Assembly: GCF_041919735.1 (NCBI RefSeq)
Contig: NZ_JAYRTF010000016.1
Location: 14,459-78,458, forward strand
DNA from: Acinetobacter sp.
Lineage (GTDB): Bacteria > Pseudomonadota > Gammaproteobacteria > Pseudomonadales > Moraxellaceae
Direction of reading: 5' to 3'
DNA: 64,000 nucleotides
Numbering within the stretch: position 1 is the first letter of the stretch; each line of letters starts with the position of its first letter. The position numbers and the translations under genes were made by a program. Below, in pieces: positions 37,417 to 48,011 of this stretch. The notes under the pieces are model-generated. The model had not been told where the DNA came from. It ran no database searches and saw nothing but the letters and a program-made list of their open reading frames with translations.

Positions 37417-39069
37417 ATGGCTCAACCTCCCCGCCTGCTGGAGCCTGCACCGGACTGGACTGCAGATGAAAAACCGACGCTGCCCGGTTCTCCAGCGGCC
37501 ATCTCGCATCCGGCCTACAAGCGTTTCCTTTATTTTTTTATTGGCCTGTTTGTCGCGATTTCCGGCAGCCTGAGCAACGGCTTTATCACCGCCAATTTGC
37601 CTTTAATTCAGGGGGAATACGGCTTAACACCCTCCGAAGCCGCGTGGATTCCTGCCGCCTATGTCATGGCCAATGTCAGCGCCAATTTAATTTTATTCAA
37701 AGCGCGCCAGCAGTATGGCCTCAGGCTGTTTTCAGAAATCGGCCTTATGCTGTTTATTGCAGTGATGGTGCTGCATCTGTATGTGCACACCTTTGAAATG
37801 GCGGTATTTGTCCGCATCGTCAGCGGTCTGGTGGCCGCGCCGCTCAGCTCCTTGGGCATGTATTACATCATGCAGGCCTTCAGCCGGGTCAATTTCGGAC
37901 GCGGCTTATATTTGGCGCTGGGTTTCCAGCAATTGGGCATTCCGCTGGCATGGATCATGTCGCCTTATCTGGTCGATGTAAATGACTGGGGGCTGCTGTA
38001 TACCTTTGAACTGGGGCTGGCGCTGTGCTGCCTCGCTATGGTGGTGTCCTTAAAACTGCCGCGCAGCCTGCGGATTGCTGTGTTTGAATTTCAGGACATT
38101 TTCACCTTTGCACTGCTGGCGACCGGATTTGCCTTACTCTGCATTGTGCTGACCCAAGGCCCGATTCTGTGGTGGCTGAATGCCGACTGGCTGGCCTATC
38201 TGCTGATTGGCGCGCTGATCCTGATTACGGTCGGCCTGACCTATGAACATTACCGGGTCAATCCGCTGATCATTACCCGCTGGCTGGGCGCATCTTCAAC
38301 CATACGTTTTATTTTAGGCGCTTTTGCCATCCGCTTTGTCATGTCAGAACAAAGCTATGCGGCAGTGAATTTTCTGAAAACCATGGGCATGGGGCCCGAT
38401 CAGTTTGTGCATTTTTATCTGGTGATTTTGTTCGGTATTCTCAGCGGCACCCTTTTCAGCGCGCTGACTTTTTCCCGCGAAAAAGCCGTGTGGCATCTGC
38501 TGGGCGCTGTGGCGCTGATTTTTATCGCCTGCGGTCTGGATCATCATCTGACCAGTGATGTGCGCCCGGAAAATTTCTACCCGAGCCAGTTTTTAGTCGG
38601 CTTTGCCAGCGGCATGTTTATTGGCCCGCTATTGCTGACGGGGGTTGTCAATGCCCTGCAGCGCGGCCCCAATCACATGGTGACCTTTATTGTGCTGTTC
38701 TCCGCCAGCCAGACTTTTGGCGGCTTGATGGGGTCTGCATTTTTTTCCAGCTATCAGCAAATGCGCACTCAGCATTATCAAGCGGAGATTATTGCCGACC
38801 TGCCCGCCACCAACCCGCAAGTTGCACAGCGCCTGCAAATTTATGCGCAAAGCAGCCAGCGCTATACGCTTGATCCTGCACAGGAACAGAATCAGGCGCT
38901 GCGCAGCTTAAATCAGGCTGTCGCCAAAGAGGCGCAAGTCCGCGCCTATAACGATGTGATTTTTATGAATCAGCTGTTCGCCGTAGTGCTGCTGTTCTGG
39001 GGCTTATTTGTGATCGGCATGAATCAATACCGCAGCTACAGACAGCGCCTGCTGCCCAATTCCAGCTAG
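37417..39069 (+). CDS. MFS transporter (EmrB/DHA2-like, about 14 TM)
   Basis: 550 aa, many TM segments, large loop before the last TM; paired with a HlyD-family adaptor. Confidence 0.88.
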   Translation: MAQPPRLLEPAPDWTADEKPTLPGSPAAISHPAYKRFLYFFIGLFVAISGSLSNGFITANLPLIQGEYGLTPSEAAWIPAAYVMANVSANLILFKARQQYGLRLFSEIGLMLFIAVMVLHLYVHTFEMAVFVRIVSGLVAAPLSSLGMYYIMQAFSRVNFGRGLYLALGFQQLGIPLAWIMSPYLVDVNDWGLLYTFELGLALCCLAMVVSLKLPRSLRIAVFEFQDIFTFALLATGFALLCIVLTQGPILWWLNADWLAYLLIGALILITVGLTYEHYRVNPLIITRWLGASSTIRFILGAFAIRFVMSEQSYAAVNFLKTMGMGPDQFVHFYLVILFGILSGTLFSALTFSREKAVWHLLGAVALIFIACGLDHHLTSDVRPENFYPSQFLVGFASGMFIGPLLLTGVVNALQRGPNHMVTFIVLFSASQTFGGLMGSAFFSSYQQMRTQHYQAEIIADLPATNPQVAQRLQIYAQSSQRYTLDPAQEQNQALRSLNQAVAKEAQVRAYNDVIFMNQLFAVVLLFWGLFVIGMNQYRSYRQRLLPNSS

Positions 39070-39148
39070 CATCTATAAAGCATTTTGAAATCAGCAATTT
39101 TTTATCCTTAGCGAAGCCAATATTCACTCATTATATGTAGAGACGTCC

Positions 39149-40291
39149 ATGTCAGAACAAGAAAAGCCGGCAGAAACAAATACCGTATCTTCCAATACGG
39201 CGGCCGCGCAGCCCGCAGCTGCGCCCAGTCCAGCGCCATCGAGCAAGTTGATCCCCACCGATAAGCGGGTGCTGGCACTGATGTTCTTTGTGCTGCTGAT
39301 CGGCATCAGCCTGATTCTTTGGGCATGGAAAATCGGGCCTTTTCATTCTGCGGTGGAATCGACTGAAAACAGCTATGTCAAAGGCAAGACCACCATTTTG
39401 TCTTCGCAGATCAACGGCTATGTCAAAGATGTGCTGGTGACGGATTTTGAAACCGTCAAGCAAGGCCAGCCGCTGATGCACATTGACACCACCACCTATG
39501 ACCAAAAAGTGACGCAGGCGCAGTCCGGCATCGATCAGGCGGAAAATAACCTAGCCAATCAGACTCAGGCCATTCAGCAGCGCAAAGCCGATATTGCCGC
39601 AGCGGAAGCCAAAGCCGATCAAGCGCGGGCAGCCTATGAACTGTCGGCAACCCAGCTGCAGCGTTATACGCAATTGGGCGACAGCGGCGCCGCCTCTAAA
39701 ACTGAACAGGATAAAGCGCGGGCGGATGTCAAAAACAACTTGGCTTTGCTGCATCAGGCAGAAGCCAATATTCAAGTCGCGATTGAAGCTTTAAAAACCG
39801 CGCAAGTTGCGCAAGCAGGCTTGACTGCGCAAGTCACCAGCGCCAAAGCGCAGCATGATCAGGCGGTCACCACCAAAGACTACAGCATCATCACCGCGCC
39901 GATGGACGGCCAGCTGGGCGAAGTCACACCGCGTGTGGGCCAGTATGTGGCCGCGGGAACGCAGCTGATGTATCTGATTCCGCAGCAGCGCTGGGTCACC
40001 GCCAATTTTAAAGAAACCCAAATTGCCGATATGCAGATCGGGCAAAAAGTCTGGTTTACGGTTGATGCCATGAATCACCAGCAGTTCAGCGGCAAAGTGG
40101 AGCGGATTTCGCCTGCGGCAGGTTCTGAATTCAGCGTGCTGAAACCGGACAATACTACAGGCAACTTTACCAAAGTCGTGCAGCGCATTGCCGTGCGCAT
40201 CGCCATTGATCCCAATCAAAAAGGCATGGAACGCCTGCGTCCCGGCATGTCGGTGGTGGCTTCGGTGGATACCGCATCAACACCCCAATGA
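39149..40291 (+). CDS. HlyD/EmrA-family membrane fusion protein
   Basis: N-terminal TM, coiled coil, ANFKETQI and NTTGNFTKVVQRIAVRI. Confidence 0.92.
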   Translation: MSEQEKPAETNTVSSNTAAAQPAAAPSPAPSSKLIPTDKRVLALMFFVLLIGISLILWAWKIGPFHSAVESTENSYVKGKTTILSSQINGYVKDVLVTDFETVKQGQPLMHIDTTTYDQKVTQAQSGIDQAENNLANQTQAIQQRKADIAAAEAKADQARAAYELSATQLQRYTQLGDSGAASKTEQDKARADVKNNLALLHQAEANIQVAIEALKTAQVAQAGLTAQVTSAKAQHDQAVTTKDYSIITAPMDGQLGEVTPRVGQYVAAGTQLMYLIPQQRWVTANFKETQIADMQIGQKVWFTVDAMNHQQFSGKVERISPAAGSEFSVLKPDNTTGNFTKVVQRIAVRIAIDPNQKGMERLRPGMSVVASVDTASTPQ

Positions 40292-40352
40292 TAAAGCCGC
40301 TGCACGAAGAATCCGCTACAATATAGCCGATTCTTCCGCCTGAATTGCGCCT

Positions 40353-41249
40353 ATGCCTGACTTTAATTCATTCGATGCTTTCGCCTTTAATGCGCTTGCG
40401 CATGACATTCCCTATCAAAGCCTACAGATGCACGGCGTGACGCTCTGCATCAAGCGTTTAGACTTGGTGCATCCGCGTATTTCCGGCAATAAATTTTTTA
40501 AGCTGAAATACAATCTGCTGGACGCGCAGCAAAAAGGCTTCAAGCAGGTGCTGACCTTTGGCGGCGCCTATTCCAATCATATTGCCGCCACTGCCTATGC
40601 GGCGCAGCGCTTTGGCTTTCAAAGCATTGGTATCATTCGCGGTGAAGAACTGGCGTACAAACCGCGCAATGCCACCCTGCAAACCGCACAAGATTTTGGC
40701 ATGCAGCTGCACTTTGTCAGCCGTGAGAACTACCGTAAAAAACAGTCCGAAGATTTTATTCAGCAGCTGCAGCAGGAATTTCCAAAAACTTGCATTATTC
40801 CGGAAGGCGGCACCAATGCCCTCGCCATTCAAGGCTGCACGGAAATTTTAACTGCGGATGATGTGAAGACTTTTGATCTGATCTGCTGTGCAGCGGGTAC
40901 TGGCGGCACCATTTCCGGATTGATTAAAGCCAGCTCAGATCAGCAGCAGGTGCTGGGCTTTTCTGCGCTGGAAGGTGATTTTCTTACGCAGGATGTGCAG
41001 CAATGGACAGCACGGCGCAACTGGCGCATCACCGATGAATTCTGCTTTGGCGGCTATGCCAAAACATCGCCTGAGCTGATGCAGTTTATCCAGCGTTTTG
41101 AACAAGAGCACAGCATTCCCTTAGAGCAGGTCTATACTGGCAAAATGCTGTTTGGGCTGGAACAAATGATTCTGCGCAGAGAGATCAAACCCGATCAGCG
41201 GGTTTTAGTGATCCACAGCGGCGGCTTGCAGGGAAAATCCCCATCTTAA
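40353..41249 (+). CDS. PLP-dependent ACC deaminase / D-cysteine desulfhydrase family protein
   Basis: SGNKFFKL, TFGGAYSNH, IPEGG, GTGGT, YTGK, HSGGLQG. Confidence 0.9.
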   Translation: MPDFNSFDAFAFNALAHDIPYQSLQMHGVTLCIKRLDLVHPRISGNKFFKLKYNLLDAQQKGFKQVLTFGGAYSNHIAATAYAAQRFGFQSIGIIRGEELAYKPRNATLQTAQDFGMQLHFVSRENYRKKQSEDFIQQLQQEFPKTCIIPEGGTNALAIQGCTEILTADDVKTFDLICCAAGTGGTISGLIKASSDQQQVLGFSALEGDFLTQDVQQWTARRNWRITDEFCFGGYAKTSPELMQFIQRFEQEHSIPLEQVYTGKMLFGLEQMILRREIKPDQRVLVIHSGGLQGKSPS

Positions 41250-41339
41250 TGCTGGCGAAGACCGCAAACAGCTTTCCCTGAAAATTCAGCCAAAAGGAGG
41301 TATAATCCGCGGTCTTTTCATTCTCCCGCAGGCTTGCTC

Positions 41340-42539
41340 ATGTCCAAAAATCTGTACGATGTCGTGGTAATCGGCGCTGGCGCATCGGGCTTAATGCTGG
41401 CCTACAAAGCGGCGCAGCGCGGGCGCAAAGTGCTGGTGGTGGAAAAAGCCAATAAAGTCGGCAAAAAAATTCTGATGTCCGGCGGCGGAAAATGCAATTT
41501 TACCAATCTGTATGTCGAGCCTGAAAACTATATTTCGCACAACCCGCATTTTGTGATTTCAGCCCTGTCGCGCTATACCAATTGGGATTTTATTGGCATG
41601 GTCTGCGAATACGGCATTGACTATGAAGAGCGCAAGCATGGGCAGCTGTTTACCCTCAACGGCGCCAAAGAAATTCTGTCGATGCTCTTGGCCGAATGCG
41701 ATAAAACTGGATTGGTGGAGATTAAAACCAGCTGCGAAGTGAAAGCAATCAATGCGCTGGACGGTCAAGGTTTTCAAGTGGCGAGCAATATCGGCTATTT
41801 TGAAGCGGAATCTGTGGTGATTGCTTCGGGTGGCCTGTCCATTCCAACTTTAGGCGGTTCAGCCATCGGCTATGACATTGCCAAACAGTTTGGCCACCAT
41901 ATTTATCCGACCCGTGCAGGACTGGTGCCTTTCACTTTTTCTGACGGTTTTAAAGAAGTTACCACCCGCCTCAGCGGCAATGCCGTCGAAGCGACTTTAT
42001 CCAATGAATTAAATAGCTTTACCGAAGCGCTGCTGTTTACCCACCGCGGCCTGAGCGGGCCAAGTTCACTGCAGCTGTCCAACTATTGGGATGTCGGCCA
42101 AAGCTTTAAAATCGACTTCCTGCCCAGTGTCGATTTAAACGAATTTTTAAAATCTAAAAAGCAAAGCCAGCCGAAAGTCCTGCTGCGCACCCTGCTGACT
42201 GAACATCTGCCTAAAAGCGTGGTCACTGAACTGCAAAACCTGATTTGGGCTGAACAGGCCGATACCGCCATCGGCAACATCAGTGATGAAAAGCTGGAAA
42301 ATATTGCGCAGCGCCTGTCGGCATTTGAAGTCAAGCCCTCAGGCACAGAAGGCTACCGCACAGCCGAAGTGACGCTAGGCGGTGTAGACACGGCCGAAGT
42401 GTCTTCTAAAACCATGGAAAGCAAAAAGCAGAAAGGCCTGTTCTTTGTCGGAGAAATTTTAGATGTGACCGGCCATTTGGGCGGATTCAATTTCCAATGG
42501 GCATGGGCGTCTGCGCATGCCGCATCGGAATATGTCTAA
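41340..42539 (+). CDS. HI0933/YhiN (BaiN-like) flavoprotein
   Basis: IGAGASG, GKKILMSGGGKCNFTN, LFTHRGLSGP, AEVTLGGV, GHLGGFNFQWAW. Confidence 0.93.
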   Translation: MSKNLYDVVVIGAGASGLMLAYKAAQRGRKVLVVEKANKVGKKILMSGGGKCNFTNLYVEPENYISHNPHFVISALSRYTNWDFIGMVCEYGIDYEERKHGQLFTLNGAKEILSMLLAECDKTGLVEIKTSCEVKAINALDGQGFQVASNIGYFEAESVVIASGGLSIPTLGGSAIGYDIAKQFGHHIYPTRAGLVPFTFSDGFKEVTTRLSGNAVEATLSNELNSFTEALLFTHRGLSGPSSLQLSNYWDVGQSFKIDFLPSVDLNEFLKSKKQSQPKVLLRTLLTEHLPKSVVTELQNLIWAEQADTAIGNISDEKLENIAQRLSAFEVKPSGTEGYRTAEVTLGGVDTAEVSSKTMESKKQKGLFFVGEILDVTGHLGGFNFQWAWASAHAASEYV

Positions 42540-42608
42540 ACCTATTTGGAATTGCGGCAACAGAAGAACACTTAAAATCGCGATCCAAGCAGAGTCAGGC
42601 TGAATTAA

Positions 42609-42644
42609 AAAAAGGCGGTTGATTTCATCATCAACCGCCTTTTT
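42609..42644. terminator. Bidirectional terminator
   Basis: aaaaaggcggttgat-ttcatc-atcaaccgccttttt. Confidence 0.85.
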
Positions 42645-42730
42645 CTGCAGGCTCAATTCAGTCCAAATCACGGCACGCTGATCATTTCAGCACCGATTGT
42701 CTAAACGGAGCATGCTTGCAGCAATCCGTG

Positions 42731-42880
42731 TTATTCCAAATAATCTGTCTTGAATAATGACACGCCTTTAGACGTCGCTAAACGGTTCATGGCTTGTTCC
42801 ATTTTTGCCAGCGCCTGTGTTTGATGCGTTATACGCACAGATGATTGATTGTTTAATGTTGCAATAATTTTATTCAGCAT
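42731..42880 (-). CDS. 49-aa small protein (below the ORF track cutoff)
   Basis: MLNKIIATLNNQSSVRITHQTQALAKMEQAMNRLATSKGVSLFKTDYLE; strong RBS gagggg upstream. Confidence 0.55.
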   Translation of the reverse strand: MLNKIIATLNNQSSVRITHQTQALAKMEQAMNRLATSKGVSLFKTDYLE

Positions 42881-43040
42881 GGTGATTCCCCTCATATGCC
42901 ATTCCCTGACGTTGCTGGAACTGATGATAGACCAGTTATATTTCCGTACGATTAAAACTAAATCCCTCTATTTCATTTATATTTTTATGAAATTAAATCA
43001 GTTTTATATATCTCAGAAAATACCAAATAAAGTTTAAATC

Positions 43041-43214
43041 TCAAACACTTTTTTTCTGATCTGGCGCGCCATTTTGCCGCGGCTGCTTATTTTTCTCGGC
43101 TTCGGCACGCTTTTTGGCAGCGAAAATATATTTATAGGCGCTGGCTAAAAAGCCGATGGTGATTCCTGCGATAACGACTGGGGCAAGCACTTTATTCGGC
43201 GCTTTCTTTGACAT
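43041..43214 (-). CDS. 57-aa single-TM small protein (probable true start within the 157-aa track ORF)
   Basis: RBS aagaggtg before ATG 43214; MSKKAPNKVLAPVVIAGITIGFLASAYKYIF followed by a basic tail. Confidence 0.6.
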   Translation of the reverse strand: MSKKAPNKVLAPVVIAGITIGFLASAYKYIFAAKKRAEAEKNKQPRQNGAPDQKKSV

Positions 43215-43281
43215 GTTTACACCTCTTAAAAATAAACAATCGGCCGTACTACTGTGGCCGATTGTTTTCACATTGAACAGG

Positions 43282-45021
43282 TTATTCCGGGTCATTTTTT
43301 GGCGGCGTATGCGTATCGACACCTGCTTCTTTTTCTCCTGTAGAGCCGAATGGATTATTGGCCGGCTGCTGCGCCGGATCGACATCCAGCTGATCAGGCG
43401 TAGCAGTTTCTTTTTCCACCACACCCGGCGCCTCTTGATGATGCACACTGTAGCCTGCATCCAAATGGCTGGCCTCCGCATCTGCGGCAGCCGAAGATGA
43501 TGGTGCTGCGCCAAAGCATTTCGCCCGCGCCTGATCTTTCACCGGATTCGGCTGGCAGCCTTCTTTTTTGGCTTTATCAATCAAATCCGTCAGCACCCGC
43601 TCTGCCGGCTGGCGTCCGCCCAGGCCAAAGGCCAAAGCAAAAGCCACAGCCACAGCGCCCAGCGTCAAGCCAAAGGCCAAATTGACGATTGAATCGGCAA
43701 TTCCCATCGCGCGCAGCCCCATGGCCACCACTAAGCCCATAATCAGCACACGGACGAGATTACCCAGCCAGCGCGAACTGTTGTATTCACCCCGCTGCAC
43801 AATATTAGCCACAATATTGGCCAGCCAGAAGCCGATCACCAAAATCACTGCGCCCAGTAAAATATTTGCGCCGAACTGAATAAACATGGCGATTAAGCCG
43901 CTGATTTGCTCAAAGCCCAAGCGGCTGGCGGCTTCAGAGACCGCAAACAGCATGGTAAAGAACACAATCAAATAGCCGACAACATCCGACAGTTTGGTCA
44001 CGCCTAAAAAGCGCTGTACATCCAGTTTTTCCGGCACACAGTCTACGCCTGTGCCAGCCACAACCTCTGCTGCCAATTTCGCCACAAAACGCGAAACCAC
44101 GTAGGCCAAAATTAAAATCAGCCCTGCAGCAATAATATTGGGAATGGCGAACATGATTTCATGCAGCATCGCGGTTGCCGGCTGAGAAATCGCATCAATG
44201 CCCAGCGCTTCAAAAGCCACAATCAGCGCCGTAATGATGATGACTGCAAAGACAAATGAACCCAGCAAATGCGCCAAGTTGCCATTTTTAAACAGGCCGA
44301 TTTTTTCCGCCTGCGACTGCAGATTCAAGCTGCGCACCAGCCCTTCAATGATGCCGCGGACAATTTTTGCCAGAATATAGCCGACAAAAATAATCACGCC
44401 GGCGATAAAGATATTCGGCAAGTACAATACTACTTCATTGACCATGTTCTGCACGGGATAAAGCAAGCCGTTCAAGCCTAAAATTGCCAGCACGATCGGC
44501 AGGAACAGTAGCAAAATCAGCCAGTAGGCAATGTCACTGATATTTTCACTGATTGGGCTGACACCGACTTCTGAGCTGAGCTTTTCATCCAGCTGAGTTT
44601 TATTCAGCAGCTTTTGTGAACCGGCTTTGACCAGACTGGCAATAATCCAGCCTATAAACGCGACCGCCGCGGCAGCCAGCAGCTGCGGAATAAATAAGAG
44701 GAACAGCTGAATCATATTGCTGAACGGCCCGCTCACGCTGGTTAGGTTCAGCACATTCAATGCGCCGATCACGGCAACAATGAAGATGATCCAAAACACG
44801 ATACGGGAAACAATGCTTTCAATATTGGAACGGTGCCCAGTCGCGCTGGACAGCTTTTGATTGGTGCCGAGCTTTTCCAGCAGCTTTTTAATACCACCGG
44901 CAATCAGCAGCGCAACGATCCAGCCAATAAAAAGGATGGCCACGGCGCTGAGGATCGGATGAAATTGATCCCAATAATACATGGCATCAAAGCGTCCAGC
45001 GCCTCCATGATAATCATTCAT
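43282..45021 (-). CDS. CmpX-like mechanosensitive-channel-associated multi-TM protein
   Basis: Repeated helix-pair units (IGWIVA..I, LPNIFIAG.I, IPNIIAAG.I); AFALAFGLGGR; disordered acidic C-tail. Confidence 0.85.
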   Translation of the reverse strand: MNDYHGGAGRFDAMYYWDQFHPILSAVAILFIGWIVALLIAGGIKKLLEKLGTNQKLSSATGHRSNIESIVSRIVFWIIFIVAVIGALNVLNLTSVSGPFSNMIQLFLLFIPQLLAAAAVAFIGWIIASLVKAGSQKLLNKTQLDEKLSSEVGVSPISENISDIAYWLILLLFLPIVLAILGLNGLLYPVQNMVNEVVLYLPNIFIAGVIIFVGYILAKIVRGIIEGLVRSLNLQSQAEKIGLFKNGNLAHLLGSFVFAVIIITALIVAFEALGIDAISQPATAMLHEIMFAIPNIIAAGLILILAYVVSRFVAKLAAEVVAGTGVDCVPEKLDVQRFLGVTKLSDVVGYLIVFFTMLFAVSEAASRLGFEQISGLIAMFIQFGANILLGAVILVIGFWLANIVANIVQRGEYNSSRWLGNLVRVLIMGLVVAMGLRAMGIADSIVNLAFGLTLGAVAVAFALAFGLGGRQPAERVLTDLIDKAKKEGCQPNPVKDQARAKCFGAAPSSSAAADAEASHLDAGYSVHHQEAPGVVEKETATPDQLDVDPAQQPANNPFGSTGEKEAGVDTHTPPKNDPE

Positions 45022-45270
45022 TTTTACGCCCTCATTGTTATTGCTTCATCTATTTTTTTACGCAAGTATTTCTGTAATACCGTGCTCTTCATTGACAGCA
45101 AAATGCACAGCAAAACCCTTCGAGCTTACTCATCCACATTAAGTTTTGGTCTTTTTTTAATCAATATTGAACTGCAGAACTACAACAAAAGGGCACAATC
45201 CATTGCAAACCAAAAGCCCTAGCTTTTCAGTTAGGGCTGTTCATTCAATGCAGTGAGCACCGTAAAGCGG

Positions 45271-45540
45271 CTAATAGCCAGCGGCCTTGCTGTCCTTTGT
45301 TCCCGCCTCATTTCCTGCGGCACCGGCAGCGGTATTATTTGGCGCAGCGGGCTGCGCTTGCGGATTTGGATGATTTGGCGGCGCATCACTGGCACTAGGC
45401 TTAATACCTGCTGACATATAAATAATCAGCGCAATAAAGAAAATTCCGATGAGCGCTAAAATATACACAGGTATGCGTTTTTTCTGAGTCGTTTCTTCTG
45501 CGCTTTCGGTATGGGGCGGTTTATTAAAATCATGTGTCAT
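45271..45540 (-). CDS. Small single-TM protein with a Pro/Ala-rich tail
   Basis: RBS gagggg before ATG 45540; one hydrophobic segment. Confidence 0.65.
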   Translation of the reverse strand: MTHDFNKPPHTESAEETTQKKRIPVYILALIGIFFIALIIYMSAGIKPSASDAPPNHPNPQAQPAAPNNTAAGAAGNEAGTKDSKAAGY

Positions 45541-45923
45541 AATTTTTCCCCTCAACTTATTATCCATGTGTTGTTTTTTTATACTAGCAATCCCTTATGC
45601 TTCTGTATGTGAAGAAGCTTTGCAAGATAGTGAGAAGTTGTAAATTTGCTTTATTTCAAAATTGCCTGATTATTCAAAAACACTTTTAAATCAAGCCAAT
45701 AAACACCATACAGCAGCCGCTTATCCCGCACCATAAAACCAAAGCATCTATGCCTTAGATCAGCATTTATGGCCTAAATCCAGCCAATCGCCCTGTGCAG
45801 TGCGCCTTAAAAAATGCAATGCAGATTGCGGCATGCTCCGGCACTGCCTCCCGGCGGATGCCCCGCCATGGAAAGACTGCCTTTGCCTCAATAAATGAGC
45901 TATAATCATGCACCTTATTTTTC

Positions 45924-46361
45924 ATGCATTGTTTCTATATGGCGTATCGTCAGCAAAGTGTAACGCTTGATCTTGATACTGACGTCACTCATCAATGTGC
46001 TTTGCACTACACACGTGATCAGCATCTGATTGGCATTATTGAATTTAATAAACCCAGCTATGTCCTGAAATGGGGCGATCTGGAGTTTTTCCGCCGCCGG
46101 ACAGAAGAATTTTCTGTGATGCCTTTTCCGGACTGCGTCAATGCCATGATTATTGATATCCGCAATGTGACGGCTTTTCTGGATAATGAAGTGCCGATTA
46201 TCCCTTGGCGCCTGCTGGAAGAAGACTGTCCGGTGCGTTTGGTCGTGCCGCAGGAACGCCTGGATCATTATGCCGGTTTCTTTGAGCCGACATGGCTCTC
46301 TACAGATGTAGACAGCGCGATTCAGGAAATCCGCGAATATATGGATATGTTTGTGCATTAA
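45924..46361 (+). CDS. Hypothetical protein
   Basis: 145-aa ORF with protein-like composition; preferred over the antisense ORF 45915-46364. Confidence 0.7.
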   Translation: MHCFYMAYRQQSVTLDLDTDVTHQCALHYTRDQHLIGIIEFNKPSYVLKWGDLEFFRRRTEEFSVMPFPDCVNAMIIDIRNVTAFLDNEVPIIPWRLLEEDCPVRLVVPQERLDHYAGFFEPTWLSTDVDSAIQEIREYMDMFVH

Positions 46362-46527
46362 CAAATCCTCAGCTTCAAACCATCCTCCGTTCTGGGGGAT
46401 TTTTATTTTGAATCTATTTTTATGGCTAGGCTGAATAGCACTGTACCGCAGCAGATAAAAATTCTGCCAACGCCGCTCAATTAGGATAAGGTTAAAGCTT
46501 CACCTAAACTGACGGGCAAAGCAGATC

Positions 46528-46878
46528 ATGAATATTTTTTCCGTGCTGTGTATTGCTGCAGTTGCACTTTTCACCGGCTGTGCAGTTTTGCCTCAATTTC
46601 ACCCTCAGCCCAAACGCTTAAACCAGCAGCCTGCTGTGCATCAGCTGCAATTGATCGATGCGCACGGCGCAGCATATGCACTGCACACAAAAGATAATTT
46701 TCAGCATGCGCTGCTAATCAGCCCCAGCGGCCAGCGCTATGCGCTTTATTAAACCCTTTCCGGCAGCGGCATCCGCTTAGCCAATGATCAGGGCGTGATT
46801 GTTCACTTTAAGTCGGATGCCGGCTATATTCTGCTGCACAAAGACCAGTACATTGAAATCAGCGTGCATCCTGAATAA
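46528..46878 (+). pseudogene. Lipoprotein of the MliC/ACP-like lysozyme-inhibitor type, interrupted by an in-frame TAA at 46750-46752
   Basis: Lipobox FTGC. The frame continues past the stop as TLSGSGIRLANDQGVIVHFKSDAGYILLHKDQYIEISVHPE* to 46878. Confidence 0.6.
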
Positions 46879-47249
46879 GCTCAAGGAGCAGGCTTGACCG
46901 GCGGACAATCAAACGCTATCCACAGGCTAAGCCGGAAAGCCCGATCTTTTATCAATTCCGTCTTTTCGAATAAGGCCCTCTGCCAATCAAATGATTTAAA
47001 AAATAGAATGATCTAAAAAAGACCTTGCCTGAACATAGGCGGATTGCAGGAAATCAACCCCAACAGTGCGGGCATCCCATTGAAGCTTGAGCTTTGGCTT
47101 GATTAATGGCTCTTTTTCAAAACTCTGCTTTTTAGCCTTTCAAATGAGCCAAAGCCAGAATGCAGTATTCTGGCTTTGGGGTTGAATTCATCCAGAACTG
47201 AACATGCGCCGAATATTGGCTGAGTGTTCAACTCAACACAGCACAGGAT

Positions 47250-48011
47250 TTACCAATAATTTTCGACGGCAATATTGCCTTCGCCACGCCGGTTCATGGT
47301 CAGCCCCCGGGCTTTCAGCGCATCCTTGGTGTCATCGACCATTTGCGGGTTGCCGCACAGCATCACATGGCTGCTTTCTGGGTTCAGCGCCATGCCGGCC
47401 GCTTTTTCCAAATCGCCATTGGCAATCAATACCGGCAGACGCTCATGCAGCGGCGCATTCGGGTCGCGGGTCACAATCGGAATAAATTGAAAGCCGGAAT
47501 GCCCTTCGCCAAATACAGCGGCAATCTCATTGATCCGGTCAACATAAGCCAATTCCGCTTCGGTGCGCACGCTGTAGACCAAATTGATTTTTTGATATTT
47601 TTGCCAGGTTTCAAAATCCTGCAGCATCGACAGAAACGGCGCCAGGCCAGTGCCTGTGCCCAGCAGCCATAAATCTTGCGGCAGCGGCAGCTGATAGCGC
47701 GCCAAGGTTAAAAAGCCGTAAGGGATTTTTTCCAAGTACAGCTCATCCCCCACTTGCAGATGCTGCAGATTCGAGGTGAACGCGCCATCCGGCACCACAA
47801 TGGAGAAAAACTCTAAAGTTTCATCAAAAGGCGAAGACACCACTGAATAAGCGCGCACCACCAAATCGTCTCCGACCTTTAAGCCAATGCGGGCAAATTG
47901 GCCCGCCGTGAATTTAAAATGAGCCGGCCGCGTCATGGTAAAGCTGAATAAAGTATTGGTCCAACGATGTACAGATAAGACCTTTTCTAAGCTAAATTTC
48001 TCAATTGACAT
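47250..48011 (-). CDS. fpr: Ferredoxin--NADP+ reductase
   Basis: FTAGQFARIG, RAYSVVS, LGTGTGLAPFLSM, MLCGNPQMV, terminal ENYW. Confidence 0.95.
   Translation of the reverse strand: MSIEKFSLEKVLSVHRWTNTLFSFTMTRPAHFKFTAGQFARIGLKVGDDLVVRAYSVVSSPFDETLEFFSIVVPDGAFTSNLQHLQVGDELYLEKIPYGFLTLARYQLPLPQDLWLLGTGTGLAPFLSMLQDFETWQKYQKINLVYSVRTEAELAYVDRINEIAAVFGEGHSGFQFIPIVTRDPNAPLHERLPVLIANGDLEKAAGMALNPESSHVMLCGNPQMVDDTKDALKARGLTMNRRGEGNIAVENYW

Noticed and set aside
43041-43514. 157-aa ORF overlapping the end of the CmpX-like gene
   Set aside because: The upstream part is an off-frame overlap. Only the 57-aa portion from ATG 43214 has an RBS and a sensible sequence.
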